From: Nanobdellota archaeon
GTDB lineage: Archaea; Nanobdellota; Nanobdellia; Woesearchaeales; JACPBV01
Direction of reading: 5' to 3'
Assembly: GCA_018813685.1 (NCBI GenBank)
Contig: JAHJAV010000018.1
Span: 9,576-73,575, forward strand
DNA length: 64,000 bases
Part shown: positions 1 to 8,848 of the stretch, piece after piece
Numbering within the stretch: position 1 is the stretch's first letter
Layout of the letters: the number at the start of each line of letters is the position of its first letter
Notes under the pieces: model-generated
Seen by the model: only the letters and a program-made list of their open reading frames with translations
Databases searched by the model: none
Told to the model about the DNA's origin: nothing
Position numbers and translations under genes: made by a program

Positions 1-31
1 TCACATACCGGACATTGCTTGTTTTTCATCT

Positions 32-364
32 TTAATCACCTTCTGAACCAGTTATTACAAATATCGTCTCAAATTCAAAATAATAAATAAATATTATCTT
101 TTTTGAGCCGTCTTTTCTGACATAAGCTTCGTATTTTTTCTTGCCTACTTTTTCGGTCTTATATGCGCATTTTAAGGCTTCTCTCAAATCTATAAAGTCC
201 CAACCCCATTTTTTCATATATTTCAGGGCAAAATGCTTGCTCACCTCTATTTTGCATACCTCTAAGTTAAACTTCATAGTATTTTCACTATATTTTGTGT
301 TGTTATTCATCATATTTAAATATTTGTATTGTGGAGTATATAATAGATAAACCAAAAACAACAT
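32..364 (-). CDS. hypothetical small basic protein (110 aa)
   Basis: ORF at the window edge with no recognisable motif. Possible toxin-like small protein, but no partner is visible. Confidence 0.3.
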   Translation of the reverse strand: MLFLVYLLYTPQYKYLNMMNNNTKYSENTMKFNLEVCKIEVSKHFALKYMKKWGWDFIDLREALKCAYKTEKVGKKKYEAYVRKDGSKKIIFIYYFEFETIFVITGSEGD

Positions 365-410
365 TAACTTTTTATATTAGAGAAATAAATTCCTAACAGA
401 GGGGGTAAAA

Positions 411-1247
411 ATAGATTTAATTAAGGATTTAGTTGAACTATATAGAAAAACAGCTACAGAGATTCATGAAGATATCCTCAATATCCTAAAACAAGCAGAA
501 GAAATAGAAGAAGTATCAGCAAAAAACAACATAAAAGATCTTATAAAAAACGCAGAACTAGCAAAACAACTATCTAAACCAATCTGCCAGGATACTGGAA
601 CTCCGATTTTTTATATTCAACATGATAAAACATACTCTCAAAAAGAATTAAAAAAACAAATAATAGAAGCGACAAAGCTAGCAACAGAAAAAATACCATT
701 AAGGCCTAATGCAGTTGACATTAAAACAGATAAAAATACAGGTAACAACACTGGAAACTTTTTCCCAATAATCTATTTCGAAGAAATTAACAAAGGATTA
801 ATAATAGACCTAATGTTAAAAGGCGGTGGCTCAGAAAATGTTGGAATAACATACAGCCTTCCAAATAAAGATCTAGATGCTGGCAGGAATTTGGAGGGTG
901 TAAGGAAATGTGTTTTGGATGCTGTGTTTAAGGCGCAGGGAAAGGCGTGTCCCCCCTATGTTATTGGTGCTGCTATTGGCGGTTCTAAAGATGTTGTTGC
1001 TTGTTTGTCAAAGAAACAATTGTTAAGGAAACTAAATGATGTAAATGAGGATTCAGAATTGGATAGATTTGAGAAAGAGTTGAAAGAAGACCTAAATAAA
1101 TTAGGCATAGGGCCATTAGGATTAGGGGGAAAAACAACATGTTTAGCTGTAAAAATAGCAGAGTCATCAAGGCATCCAGCTTCTTATTTTGCAGATATAT
1201 CGTTCTGCTGCTGGGCATGCAGAAGGGGGCAATTAAAATATGACTGA
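411..1247 (+). CDS. class I fumarate hydratase (Fe-S hydro-lyase) alpha subunit
   Basis: ICQDTGTPIFYIQ motif and full-length alpha-subunit homology are in frame from about 399. There is no ATG/GTG/TTG between the in-frame stop at 378 and 813. ATA at 411 is preceded by an SD-like gaggggg (398-404) and would give the N-terminus MDLIKDLVELYRK. Confidence 0.7.
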   Translation: MDLIKDLVELYRKTATEIHEDILNILKQAEEIEEVSAKNNIKDLIKNAELAKQLSKPICQDTGTPIFYIQHDKTYSQKELKKQIIEATKLATEKIPLRPNAVDIKTDKNTGNNTGNFFPIIYFEEINKGLIIDLMLKGGGSENVGITYSLPNKDLDAGRNLEGVRKCVLDAVFKAQGKACPPYVIGAAIGGSKDVVACLSKKQLLRKLNDVNEDSELDRFEKELKEDLNKLGIGPLGLGGKTTCLAVKIAESSRHPASYFADISFCCWACRRGQLKYD

Positions 1248-1815
1248 GCACCATTTAACAATCCCATTAAAAGATGAGGATATTGAAAAATTAAAAATAA
1301 ATGATAAAGTTTACCTAACTGGGAATATTGTTACAGCTAGAGACAAAGCCCACCTTTACCTATTAAAGGAAGATCCTAATCTAGGCCTTAAAGGAGGAAC
1401 AATCTATCATTGCGGGCCTGTTGTAAAAAAACAAGATGGTAAATATGAAATAATCGCTGCCGGTCCTACAACCAGCATAAGAATGGATTTGTATGAATCA
1501 GATATTATTGAAAAATACGGGGTTAAAGCTGTTATTGGAAAGGGGGGCATGGGCAAGAGAACATTAGATGCTTTACAGAAATATAAGGCAGTTTATTTAT
1601 CAGCACTTGGTGGAGCTGCTGTGCTGCTTGCACAATCTATTGTTAAGGTTAAGGATGTTTTAAAATTAGAAGATTTTGGTGTTCCTGAAGCATTGTGGGT
1701 TTTAGAAGTTAAAGATTTTCCAGCTATCGTTACAATGGATGCTCATGGAGGCAGCCTTCATGAAAATATTCTAAAGAAATCTGAAAAAGAGCTAAAGAAA
1801 ATTATAGGGGGATAA
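1240..1815 (+). CDS. class I fumarate hydratase beta subunit
   Basis: LTGNIVTARDKAHLY and GGMGKRT motifs typical of the tartrate/fumarate hydro-lyase beta subunit. Overlaps the alpha-subunit stop (translational coupling). Confidence 0.8.
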   Translation: MTEHHLTIPLKDEDIEKLKINDKVYLTGNIVTARDKAHLYLLKEDPNLGLKGGTIYHCGPVVKKQDGKYEIIAAGPTTSIRMDLYESDIIEKYGVKAVIGKGGMGKRTLDALQKYKAVYLSALGGAAVLLAQSIVKVKDVLKLEDFGVPEALWVLEVKDFPAIVTMDAHGGSLHENILKKSEKELKKIIGG

Positions 1816-1819
1816 CAAA

Positions 1820-3226
1820 ATGGATGAAAACAAAGTAGAATCGATGGATTACCATTCTGGAAAGAAATATGAAAAAAATCCAGTAATGAATAAGCCCGGC
1901 AAAACAGCTGTTCTTGTTACAAAGGGCTGCGAAACACAGGGGGAATTAAGCTTAGCATACACCCCATTTGTTGGAAAAATTGTAGAAGATATACATAGAA
2001 ATCCAGAACAACTGCCTAAATTAACTTCTTACAGCAACAAAGGGGCTGTTATAAGCGATGGAACTGCTATTCTTGGCTTTGGTGATCTAGGGCCGAAAGC
2101 AGCAACACCAGTAATGGAAGGCAAATCAGTCTTGTTTAAGGTTTTTGGAGATGTTGACATGGATTCTATTGTCATAAATGAAAAAGATCCAAAGAAGATC
2201 ATAGAATTCGTAATGAAAATGGAACCTAACTACGCCGGCATAAACCTAGAAGATATCTCAGCCCCAAGATGTTTTGAAATAGAAGAAGAATTACAGAAAA
2301 GGTATAAAGGGTTTATCTTCCATGATGACCAGCATGGTACTGCCACAATTACATTAGGCGGATTGTTAAATGCCTTAGAGCTAGTTAACCTAAAAAAAGA
2401 AGATGCTAAAGTAGTTATTTGCGGCGCAGGAGCTGCTGCTATAGCCTCAGCAAAACTATACAAAAAAGACGGAATAAAAAAAATAATAATGCTTGACAGA
2501 AATGGGGCAATCTTTAAAGGAAGAAACTTTCCAACAAACAAATACAAAGAGCAATTTGCAATAGGCTTAGAAGAATATGGGCTAAATCCAGATAAAGATG
2601 GAAAGATAACCTTAAAAGAAGCTATAAAAGAAGCAAATGTTTTCTTAGGCTTATCAGCAGCTAACTTACTAACGGGAGAAATGGTAGAAAGCATGGCAAA
2701 AGATCCAATAATAATTGCAATGGCCAATCCAGTTCCTGAAATTCTTCCTGATGCTGCTTATGAGCATGGTGCTAAGATTGTAGCAACCGGGAGGAGTGAT
2801 TTTCCTAACCAAATAAATAATGTTTTGGGGTTTCCAGGCATCTTTCGCGGAGCCTTAGATGCTTTGATTTCTAAGACGACTGATGATATCAAGCTGGCGG
2901 CAGCTTATGCCTTAAAGGATCTGGCGCATAAGCCTGTTCCTGAAGAAGTTAAGGATAAATATCCTAAGGATAAGGCAAATGGTGTTTTTGAAGGAGAAGA
3001 CCCAGTAAAGCCAGAATACATTGTTCCTTTGGCATTGGATCCAAGAGTTGCTGTTGAGGTTGCTGCTGCTGTTTACAAGACAGCGTTTGAAAAAGGGATT
3101 GCAACAGCAAAACTTCCAGAAGGATTTAATTCTGCTGAAGAATATATTCCTGCTTACAAGAAGGAAGTTATGGAGAGAATAAAGGTGCAGGATAAGCTTA
3201 GGGAAGCTGTTAGAAATAGTTTTTAG
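1820..3226 (+). CDS. NAD(P)-dependent malic enzyme
   Basis: FHDDQHGTATITLGGLLNALELV and ICGAGAAAIA Rossmann motifs. SD-like aggggggat upstream. Confidence 0.85.
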   Translation: MDENKVESMDYHSGKKYEKNPVMNKPGKTAVLVTKGCETQGELSLAYTPFVGKIVEDIHRNPEQLPKLTSYSNKGAVISDGTAILGFGDLGPKAATPVMEGKSVLFKVFGDVDMDSIVINEKDPKKIIEFVMKMEPNYAGINLEDISAPRCFEIEEELQKRYKGFIFHDDQHGTATITLGGLLNALELVNLKKEDAKVVICGAGAAAIASAKLYKKDGIKKIIMLDRNGAIFKGRNFPTNKYKEQFAIGLEEYGLNPDKDGKITLKEAIKEANVFLGLSAANLLTGEMVESMAKDPIIIAMANPVPEILPDAAYEHGAKIVATGRSDFPNQINNVLGFPGIFRGALDALISKTTDDIKLAAAYALKDLAHKPVPEEVKDKYPKDKANGVFEGEDPVKPEYIVPLALDPRVAVEVAAAVYKTAFEKGIATAKLPEGFNSAEEYIPAYKKEVMERIKVQDKLREAVRNSF

Positions 3227-3424
3227 AATATGCATAGCATCTTCAAAATTCTTGACGGAAGCGGCAAAGGAGCTGCGTTCCCGTAGGGAGCACAGAAAAA
3301 GCCTTGCTTTTTCCTAGTTGCGCTCGGCTTTGCCTCGGCAAACCAACCCCTCGCGACGCTCGTCGATAATATTTGATTTATGGAATTTTGACCCTAGGAT
3401 GCTATGCACATACAGTTTTTAGAA
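3217..3424. repeat. GC-rich structured element A with 13-bp terminal inverted repeats and 11-bp flanking direct repeats
   Basis: DR agtttttagaa at 3217-3227 and 3414-3424; the first copy contains the malic enzyme stop codon. IR tatgcatagcatc (3228-3240) pairs with gatgctatgcaca (3398-3410). The GC-rich core has conserved hairpins shared with elements B and C. Confidence 0.55.
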
Positions 3425-3457
3425 AGTTATAAAAACAAGTTCTTAAAGTGTTTAGAT

Positions 3458-4228
3458 ATGGAGTTTTGCGCATTAGCATCTGGTTCGTCTGGAAACTGCT
3501 TTTATGTAAAGGGGGGGAATTCTGCTGTGCTTATAGATGCTGGAATCTCTGCAAGGCAGATACTTGAGAGGTTATCTTCTATAAAACAATCTCCTAAATG
3601 GATAAAGGGGATTTTTGTAACACATGAGCATACAGACCACATAAGAGGCATAGATGTTTTTGCTTCAAAGCATAATATTCCAATCTATATGACTAAGGGC
3701 ACTGCAGAATCTTCCTGTGTATGCAGGGAGGATAATCTTGTGAATGTTATCAAGAATAATGAACATGTTAAGCTGAATGGGTTAAGTGTAGAGGCTTTTT
3801 CTAAATCACATGATGCTGCTGATCCTGTCTCTTATTCTGTTTCTGCCGGAGGTAAAAGAGTAGCTGTTGTTACAGACATAGGGTTTGCGTGCAAGAATGT
3901 CATTGACCATATATCATGCGCTCATTCTGTCATTTTAGAGTCTAACCATGATACTAAGATGTTAGAGGATGGGAATTATCCTATCTATCTAAAAAGAAGG
4001 ATTGCTTCTGACAAAGGGCATATCTCTAATTATAATGCTGCCTTATTATTATTGCAGCATGGGCCTAAGGGATTGAAGAATGCCATGCTTGCGCACCTTA
4101 GCGAGAACAATAATACTCCAGATATTGCGCTTAAGACTTTTGAGCTTTTAAAAGAGAGAAAAGACCTTAAGGTTAATATTAAACTTTCTTTGAGGGATAG
4201 TGTTTCTGAATGCATAAAACTAAAATGA
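3458..4228 (+). CDS. MBL-fold metallo-hydrolase
   Basis: HEHTDHIRG (HxHxDH) motif and N-terminal SGSSGNC. The start is probably M at 3458; the upstream ATG at 3404 lies inside the element A repeat. Confidence 0.65.
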   Translation: MEFCALASGSSGNCFYVKGGNSAVLIDAGISARQILERLSSIKQSPKWIKGIFVTHEHTDHIRGIDVFASKHNIPIYMTKGTAESSCVCREDNLVNVIKNNEHVKLNGLSVEAFSKSHDAADPVSYSVSAGGKRVAVVTDIGFACKNVIDHISCAHSVILESNHDTKMLEDGNYPIYLKRRIASDKGHISNYNAALLLLQHGPKGLKNAMLAHLSENNNTPDIALKTFELLKERKDLKVNIKLSLRDSVSECIKLK

Positions 4229-4254
4229 TGCACTAATTCTAAATCAGTATATGG

Positions 4255-4294
4255 AAAAAGACAAAAATAACACATAAAATAGTTTGTCTTTTTC
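4255..4294 (+). terminator. hairpin downstream of the MBL gene
   Basis: gaaaaagacaaa ... tttgtctttttc: 11-bp inverted repeat followed by a T-rich tract. Confidence 0.4.
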
Positions 4295-4446
4295 AATTTG
4301 CGTATAAATTATGGAATAATTTACTACACTAAAGAAATGTGAAGCATTTCTTGTTAGTTGAGGCTAAATAATAATGATTTATTTATGTCCTCAACTAATA
4401 AACCATAAAGGTTTTAAATAATCCTATAACTAGGTCTTCAGATAAT

Positions 4447-5871
4447 ATGGCTGAATGTATTCTTAAAGCAAATGATGGCAACGGAATGGGCCATCTAAGA
4501 AGGGCATTAAACTTACTATTAGCAGCTCCAGAATTAGCGCAGTCTGTTGAATTAATCGCCCATCAAGGTTTTCAAAAATTTCTTGAAGAGTTTGATAGAA
4601 AATTTAATACTAGCTTGGTTCCTGATTGCGGATGGAGATTAAACTTAGATACTAGTTTGCCTTATCTAAAATGGAATTCACCTTATGCAAGAGAATTTGA
4701 TCAAAAAGCTGCATTAGATATGTATTATCTTTCTTTTATTGATGCGTTGGGGAGAAATCCAAGAGCAAAGCTTGTCTATGTTGATGATCATAATGATCCT
4801 GCAGCTATGCTTACAGGTAGAGCAGGAAAGGCGCTAGGTTTAACAAGACACCCAATAAAAGAATTAGTTCCTGATGCTGCACTAGCTTTTCTAATGCAGA
4901 CACAAGGATATTTTGATGGCTGCAAGGATCAAATGCCAAAAACAAGAAAAGAATGTTTTGACATTGCAGATTATCTCCTTTTTCCCAGCCACCCAGAATT
5001 CATAGGGGCAGCTGCTGATTTTGACTTTTCAAATGGCAATCCAGAAAAGGTCATCTCATTGGGATTTCTTGTAGACCAAGAAGTTATGGGGCTGTTTAAA
5101 CAAACAGATAAAAGAAGAGTAAAGAATACGCTGTATGGGGCTCTTGAAGTAGATAAGGCTAACCGAAAATTGATCTATTGCTCTTTTGGCGCAGGTGAAG
5201 CAGCTGATTCCATATTACGTGCTATATTCACAGCAGCTCAAAACCAAGATTATGTTTTTGTAATTGCAGATCCAAGAGGTTTATTAGCTAAAAAAGCTCA
5301 AGAGATGTATGATGTTAAACTTGCTTTTACATGCAGCAGAGGAACTAGACTTCCAACAGCAGCAAGAAAAATTAGCTTAGGAAATGGAAGATATGTATAT
5401 ATAGTCAATCCAGGAACTTCTGAATTACATCTTAAATACCTTGCAGCTTCAGATGTATTATTGCAAAGCAATGGCTCAAATACAACCTATGAGGCAATTG
5501 CAGCTGGAAAACCAACAATTAATGTTCATTTGCCAAAACCAGGGTTTGAACAAGGGTTTAAAGCATTAGCTATGAGTGCAAATGGTTTGGGTGAGGTTTT
5601 GATGCTGCCTGGTGAAGCAGATATGGCTGATAGATTTAGAGAATTGGTCGGGCCACAACCTGAATTTAGATATGAACAATTAAGTGCTCAACATCTTGAG
5701 GCTGCAATTGGAAGAATTTTAGATACTCCTAATTTTTATGGTGATAATCTTGCTGCTGCACAAAGGTTTATTACCTCCCCACAAACAGCTTCTCAAATAT
5801 TAGCTAATATGATGTTAAGAAAAAATCCTCAAGAGATTGTTGATACCTTAGGCCTGCCGCGTTATGAATAA
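4447..5871 (+). CDS. PseG/SpsG-like GT-B fold protein (putative glycosyltransferase/nucleotide-sugar hydrolase) with an extra domain
   Basis: N-terminal GNGMGHLRRALNLL resembles the GxGHxMR motif of PseG/GT28-type enzymes. C-terminal TYEAIAAGKPTINVHLP resembles the GT-B acceptor motif. Ala-rich and longer than PseG. Confidence 0.35.
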   Translation: MAECILKANDGNGMGHLRRALNLLLAAPELAQSVELIAHQGFQKFLEEFDRKFNTSLVPDCGWRLNLDTSLPYLKWNSPYAREFDQKAALDMYYLSFIDALGRNPRAKLVYVDDHNDPAAMLTGRAGKALGLTRHPIKELVPDAALAFLMQTQGYFDGCKDQMPKTRKECFDIADYLLFPSHPEFIGAAADFDFSNGNPEKVISLGFLVDQEVMGLFKQTDKRRVKNTLYGALEVDKANRKLIYCSFGAGEAADSILRAIFTAAQNQDYVFVIADPRGLLAKKAQEMYDVKLAFTCSRGTRLPTAARKISLGNGRYVYIVNPGTSELHLKYLAASDVLLQSNGSNTTYEAIAAGKPTINVHLPKPGFEQGFKALAMSANGLGEVLMLPGEADMADRFRELVGPQPEFRYEQLSAQHLEAAIGRILDTPNFYGDNLAAAQRFITSPQTASQILANMMLRKNPQEIVDTLGLPRYE

Positions 5872-5893
5872 AGAACAAGAAATAATGAATTGT

Positions 5894-6526
5894 TTATTCG
5901 ACATAATTAATCAAGCTTCCAATTCCTTCAATCTTAACTTCTATCTTATCTCCCTTTTGCATAGGGCCAATGCCTTTTGGAGTTCCTGTTGCTATAATGT
6001 CGCCAGGGTTTAGAGTCATTACCTGAGAGATGAAAGAAATGATTTTTTCAACTTTGAATATGAAGTTTGATGTGTTTGAGTCCTGCTTTATTTCCCCATT
6101 AAGATAGGATTGAATCTTTACGTTGTTTGGGTTGATGTTTTTTACTATCTTAGGGCCTATTGGGCAGAATGTATTGAATGATTTTGCTCTTGTCCATTGT
6201 CCGTCTATCTTCTGCAGGTCTCTTGCTGTTACGTCATTTAAGCAGGTATAACCTTCAACATAGTTTAATGCATCTTTTTCTTCTACATCTTTACATGTTT
6301 TTCCTATTATTATTGCGAGCTCTGCTTCATAATCTACTCTTTTGGACATTTTAGGGTAGATTATGTTTTCTTCTGGCCCGATTAGAGCGGTTAGAGGTTT
6401 TATGAAAATGATTGGATGATGAGGAGTGTTCATGCCCAGCTCCTTAGCATGACAATGATAATTTAATCCGACGCAGACTATCTTTGTCGGCTGTTGTTTG
6501 AGAAAGGACAGATTGGACATAATCAT
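5894..6526 (-). CDS. fumarylacetoacetate hydrolase (FAH) family protein
   Basis: VGLNYHCHAKELG and AIIIGK FAH-fold motifs. Confidence 0.75.
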   Translation of the reverse strand: MIMSNLSFLKQQPTKIVCVGLNYHCHAKELGMNTPHHPIIFIKPLTALIGPEENIIYPKMSKRVDYEAELAIIIGKTCKDVEEKDALNYVEGYTCLNDVTARDLQKIDGQWTRAKSFNTFCPIGPKIVKNINPNNVKIQSYLNGEIKQDSNTSNFIFKVEKIISFISQVMTLNPGDIIATGTPKGIGPMQKGDKIEVKIEGIGSLINYVE

Positions 6527-6636
6527 AAGGATAAAAAGGATTAATTAATAAAATTATTGGTTTTTTACAAAAAGCAGATTTTAACCTCTTTTTTTGGTCA
6601 GAAAAGACCAATTATATAACAAAATCAATTGAAATA

Positions 6637-7665
6637 TCACTCCCTAAACTCATCTGGAAAGAAAAATCTCCTTACAGCTTCATCATCACTAGCGATAACA
6701 TCCTGTTTTGCCCCAAGCCTTCTAATCTTCCTTTCATGAATCCAATCTATCCTATCTGGATCAAAATAGCCAAGCCTATTGTCATGGGTTGTCGCAAGAA
6801 CAGTATAACCCATCTTCTTTAGCTTGCTTATCAGATCAAAGACTTCTAGACTCAATGGGGGATCAAGTCCTGTTGTCGGCTCATCTAATATTATTAATTC
6901 TGGAAAATCTGCCAATACCCTTGCAACTGCCACTCTTTTTAACATACCTCCGCTTAACTGAGCAACATCCTTATCCCTATCTTTCCATGGATCTAGGCCA
7001 ACTAACTCCATACAATAATCTACCCTGGCCTGAATAATTATGTTTTCAAGCAGATTAACTTCACCTAGTATGATGCTGCTTCTGGATTGTTGAGCACGAA
7101 TCCCAAAATTTTCATTAAGGGCTTTCAATTCCTCCCCACACCTATATTCAATAGATCTAGTTGAAAGATATTCCCTAACACTAGCGCAAACATCAGATTT
7201 ATAAAAAACATCATAGAAATGCTCTCTCAATGGAAAAGCAATATTCTCTGCAACACTCATACTTCCAAAAAGGCCACCTTTCTGAGGGCAGTAACCTAAT
7301 CTGCTATATATTTCAGTATAACGTTTTCTTCTATCTGATTTTGAAATACCATGCAAAGCTTTGCCAAATACATATACCTCCCCGTCTACACAATTATCAG
7401 AACCAAATATTACTGGATTACCTATTCCGAATACTGTCCTTAAAAACACGCTCTTTCCTTTTCCACTCCCGCCAAAAAGAAAAACAAACTCCCCCCTATT
7501 CAAATTAAAATCAGCTCCTTCTAAAATACATTCCCCAGCAAAAGACCTGGTTAAACCATGACATTCAACAATGGCATCATCACCATCAGGCATGGTCTTG
7601 TAATCATTAGAAACAAGCCCCTGAATGCCTGCCCTGTATGCATTAACAGCACCTAAATCAATCAT
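6637..7665 (-). CDS. orphan ABC-type ATPase with N- and C-terminal extensions
   Basis: Walker A GGSGKGKS, ABC signature LSGGMLKR, Walker B ILDEPT. No adjacent permease gene. Confidence 0.65.
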   Translation of the reverse strand: MIDLGAVNAYRAGIQGLVSNDYKTMPDGDDAIVECHGLTRSFAGECILEGADFNLNRGEFVFLFGGSGKGKSVFLRTVFGIGNPVIFGSDNCVDGEVYVFGKALHGISKSDRRKRYTEIYSRLGYCPQKGGLFGSMSVAENIAFPLREHFYDVFYKSDVCASVREYLSTRSIEYRCGEELKALNENFGIRAQQSRSSIILGEVNLLENIIIQARVDYCMELVGLDPWKDRDKDVAQLSGGMLKRVAVARVLADFPELIILDEPTTGLDPPLSLEVFDLISKLKKMGYTVLATTHDNRLGYFDPDRIDWIHERKIRRLGAKQDVIASDDEAVRRFFFPDEFRE

Positions 7666-7758
7666 AGAAAAAGAGGTTAATATAAGAATTATATAAACTT
7701 TTTGAAATTAACCATTTTTATGTAGTGACCTTAAATAAAAATTATAAAAAAGAAAATA

Positions 7759-8760
7759 CTATTTCTTATTGAAAAGCGCTCTTATTTCTTTTCCGACTGT
7801 TTCAATAGGGTGGTCAAAGTCTTCCTGCTGAAGTTTTGTTAAAACGGGCTTTCCGTTCTTGCATTCCTTTGCCCATTCTTTTGCAAACTTTCCGGATTCT
7901 ACGTCTTTAAGCATCTTTTTCATGACTTTTCTTGTTTTATCAGTAATGATCTTTTTGCCTCTTGTCAATCCGCCGTATTTTGCTGTGTTTGAGACTGCTT
8001 TCCACATCTCTGTGAAGCCGCCTTTATACATAAGGTCAACTATCAGCTTTAATTCATGCAGGCATTCAAAATAAGCCATTTCCGGGGGATAACCTGCTTC
8101 AACTAAAGTGTCAAAGCCTGCTTTGACTAATTCAGTTACTCCGCCGCATAAGACAGCCTGCTCACCGAATAAGTCTTCATAGGTTTCCTGCTCAAATGTG
8201 CATTCTAAAACACCTGCTCTTGTCCAGTGCATTGCTTTTGCCAATGCTAAAGCAACATTTCTTGCTTGCCCGGATGCATTCTGCTTGATTGCAATCAATC
8301 CTGGAACGCCAAAGCCTTCTAGATACTGTTTTCTTTCCTCTGAGCCAGGCGCTTTGGGGGCAATCATTATGACGTCAATTTCTGCTGGCGGGGCAATTCT
8401 CTTGAAGCAGATGTTAAAGCCGTGTGAAAAGCTCAATGTTTTTCCTGCTTTCATGTGTTTCTTTATCTGTTTTTTGTATACGCCTGCCTGGTATTCGTCT
8501 GGCACTAAGATATGGATGATGTCTGCTTTTTTTGCTGCTTCATCTATCTCATAGACTTCAAAGCCGTCTGCTTTTGCCTTTTCCCAGCTCGGATTTGGCT
8601 TATCACCTAATACTTCTGTTTCTCCGATTATAACACTCACTCCAGAGTCCTTCAAGCAGTTTGCCTGGGCGTTTCCCTGGCTGCCATAGCCAATAACTGC
8701 AATTGTCTTTCCGTTCAGTGCAGATTCGTCTGCGTCTTTATCTGTCAATATATTTATCAT
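7759..8760 (-). CDS. ilvC: ketol-acid reductoisomerase
   Basis: IAVIGYGSQGNAQANCLKDSG NADPH-binding motif. SD aggaggt upstream. Confidence 0.9.
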   Translation of the reverse strand: MINILTDKDADESALNGKTIAVIGYGSQGNAQANCLKDSGVSVIIGETEVLGDKPNPSWEKAKADGFEVYEIDEAAKKADIIHILVPDEYQAGVYKKQIKKHMKAGKTLSFSHGFNICFKRIAPPAEIDVIMIAPKAPGSEERKQYLEGFGVPGLIAIKQNASGQARNVALALAKAMHWTRAGVLECTFEQETYEDLFGEQAVLCGGVTELVKAGFDTLVEAGYPPEMAYFECLHELKLIVDLMYKGGFTEMWKAVSNTAKYGGLTRGKKIITDKTRKVMKKMLKDVESGKFAKEWAKECKNGKPVLTKLQQEDFDHPIETVGKEIRALFNKK

Positions 8761-8789
8761 TTTATCAAACCTCCTAAGTTTTATTTAAG

Positions 8790-8814
8790 ATTGATATAAT
8801 CCCCCAATTGATTA
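8790..8814 (-). terminator. GC hairpin between leuB and ilvC
   Basis: ccccc aattgatta ggggg stem-loop in the 88-bp leuB-ilvC spacer. Possible terminator or attenuator. Confidence 0.3.
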
Positions 8815-8848
8815 GGGGGTAGTTTATTATATTTAAAATTAATTGTTT

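Noticed and set aside
141-350. 69-aa ORF overlapping 32-364 on the opposite strand
   Set aside because: It has poor, hydrophobic low-complexity composition. The antisense partner looks more gene-like.
3228-3410. Elements A, B and C as split tRNA halves (Nanoarchaeum-style), C/D-box sRNAs, hammerhead ribozymes or group II intron domain V
   Set aside because: There is no T-arm (GTTCGAATC-like) or acceptor pairing. There are no RUGAUGA/CUGA boxes, no CUGAnGA...GAAA core, and no AGC-triad domain V hairpin.
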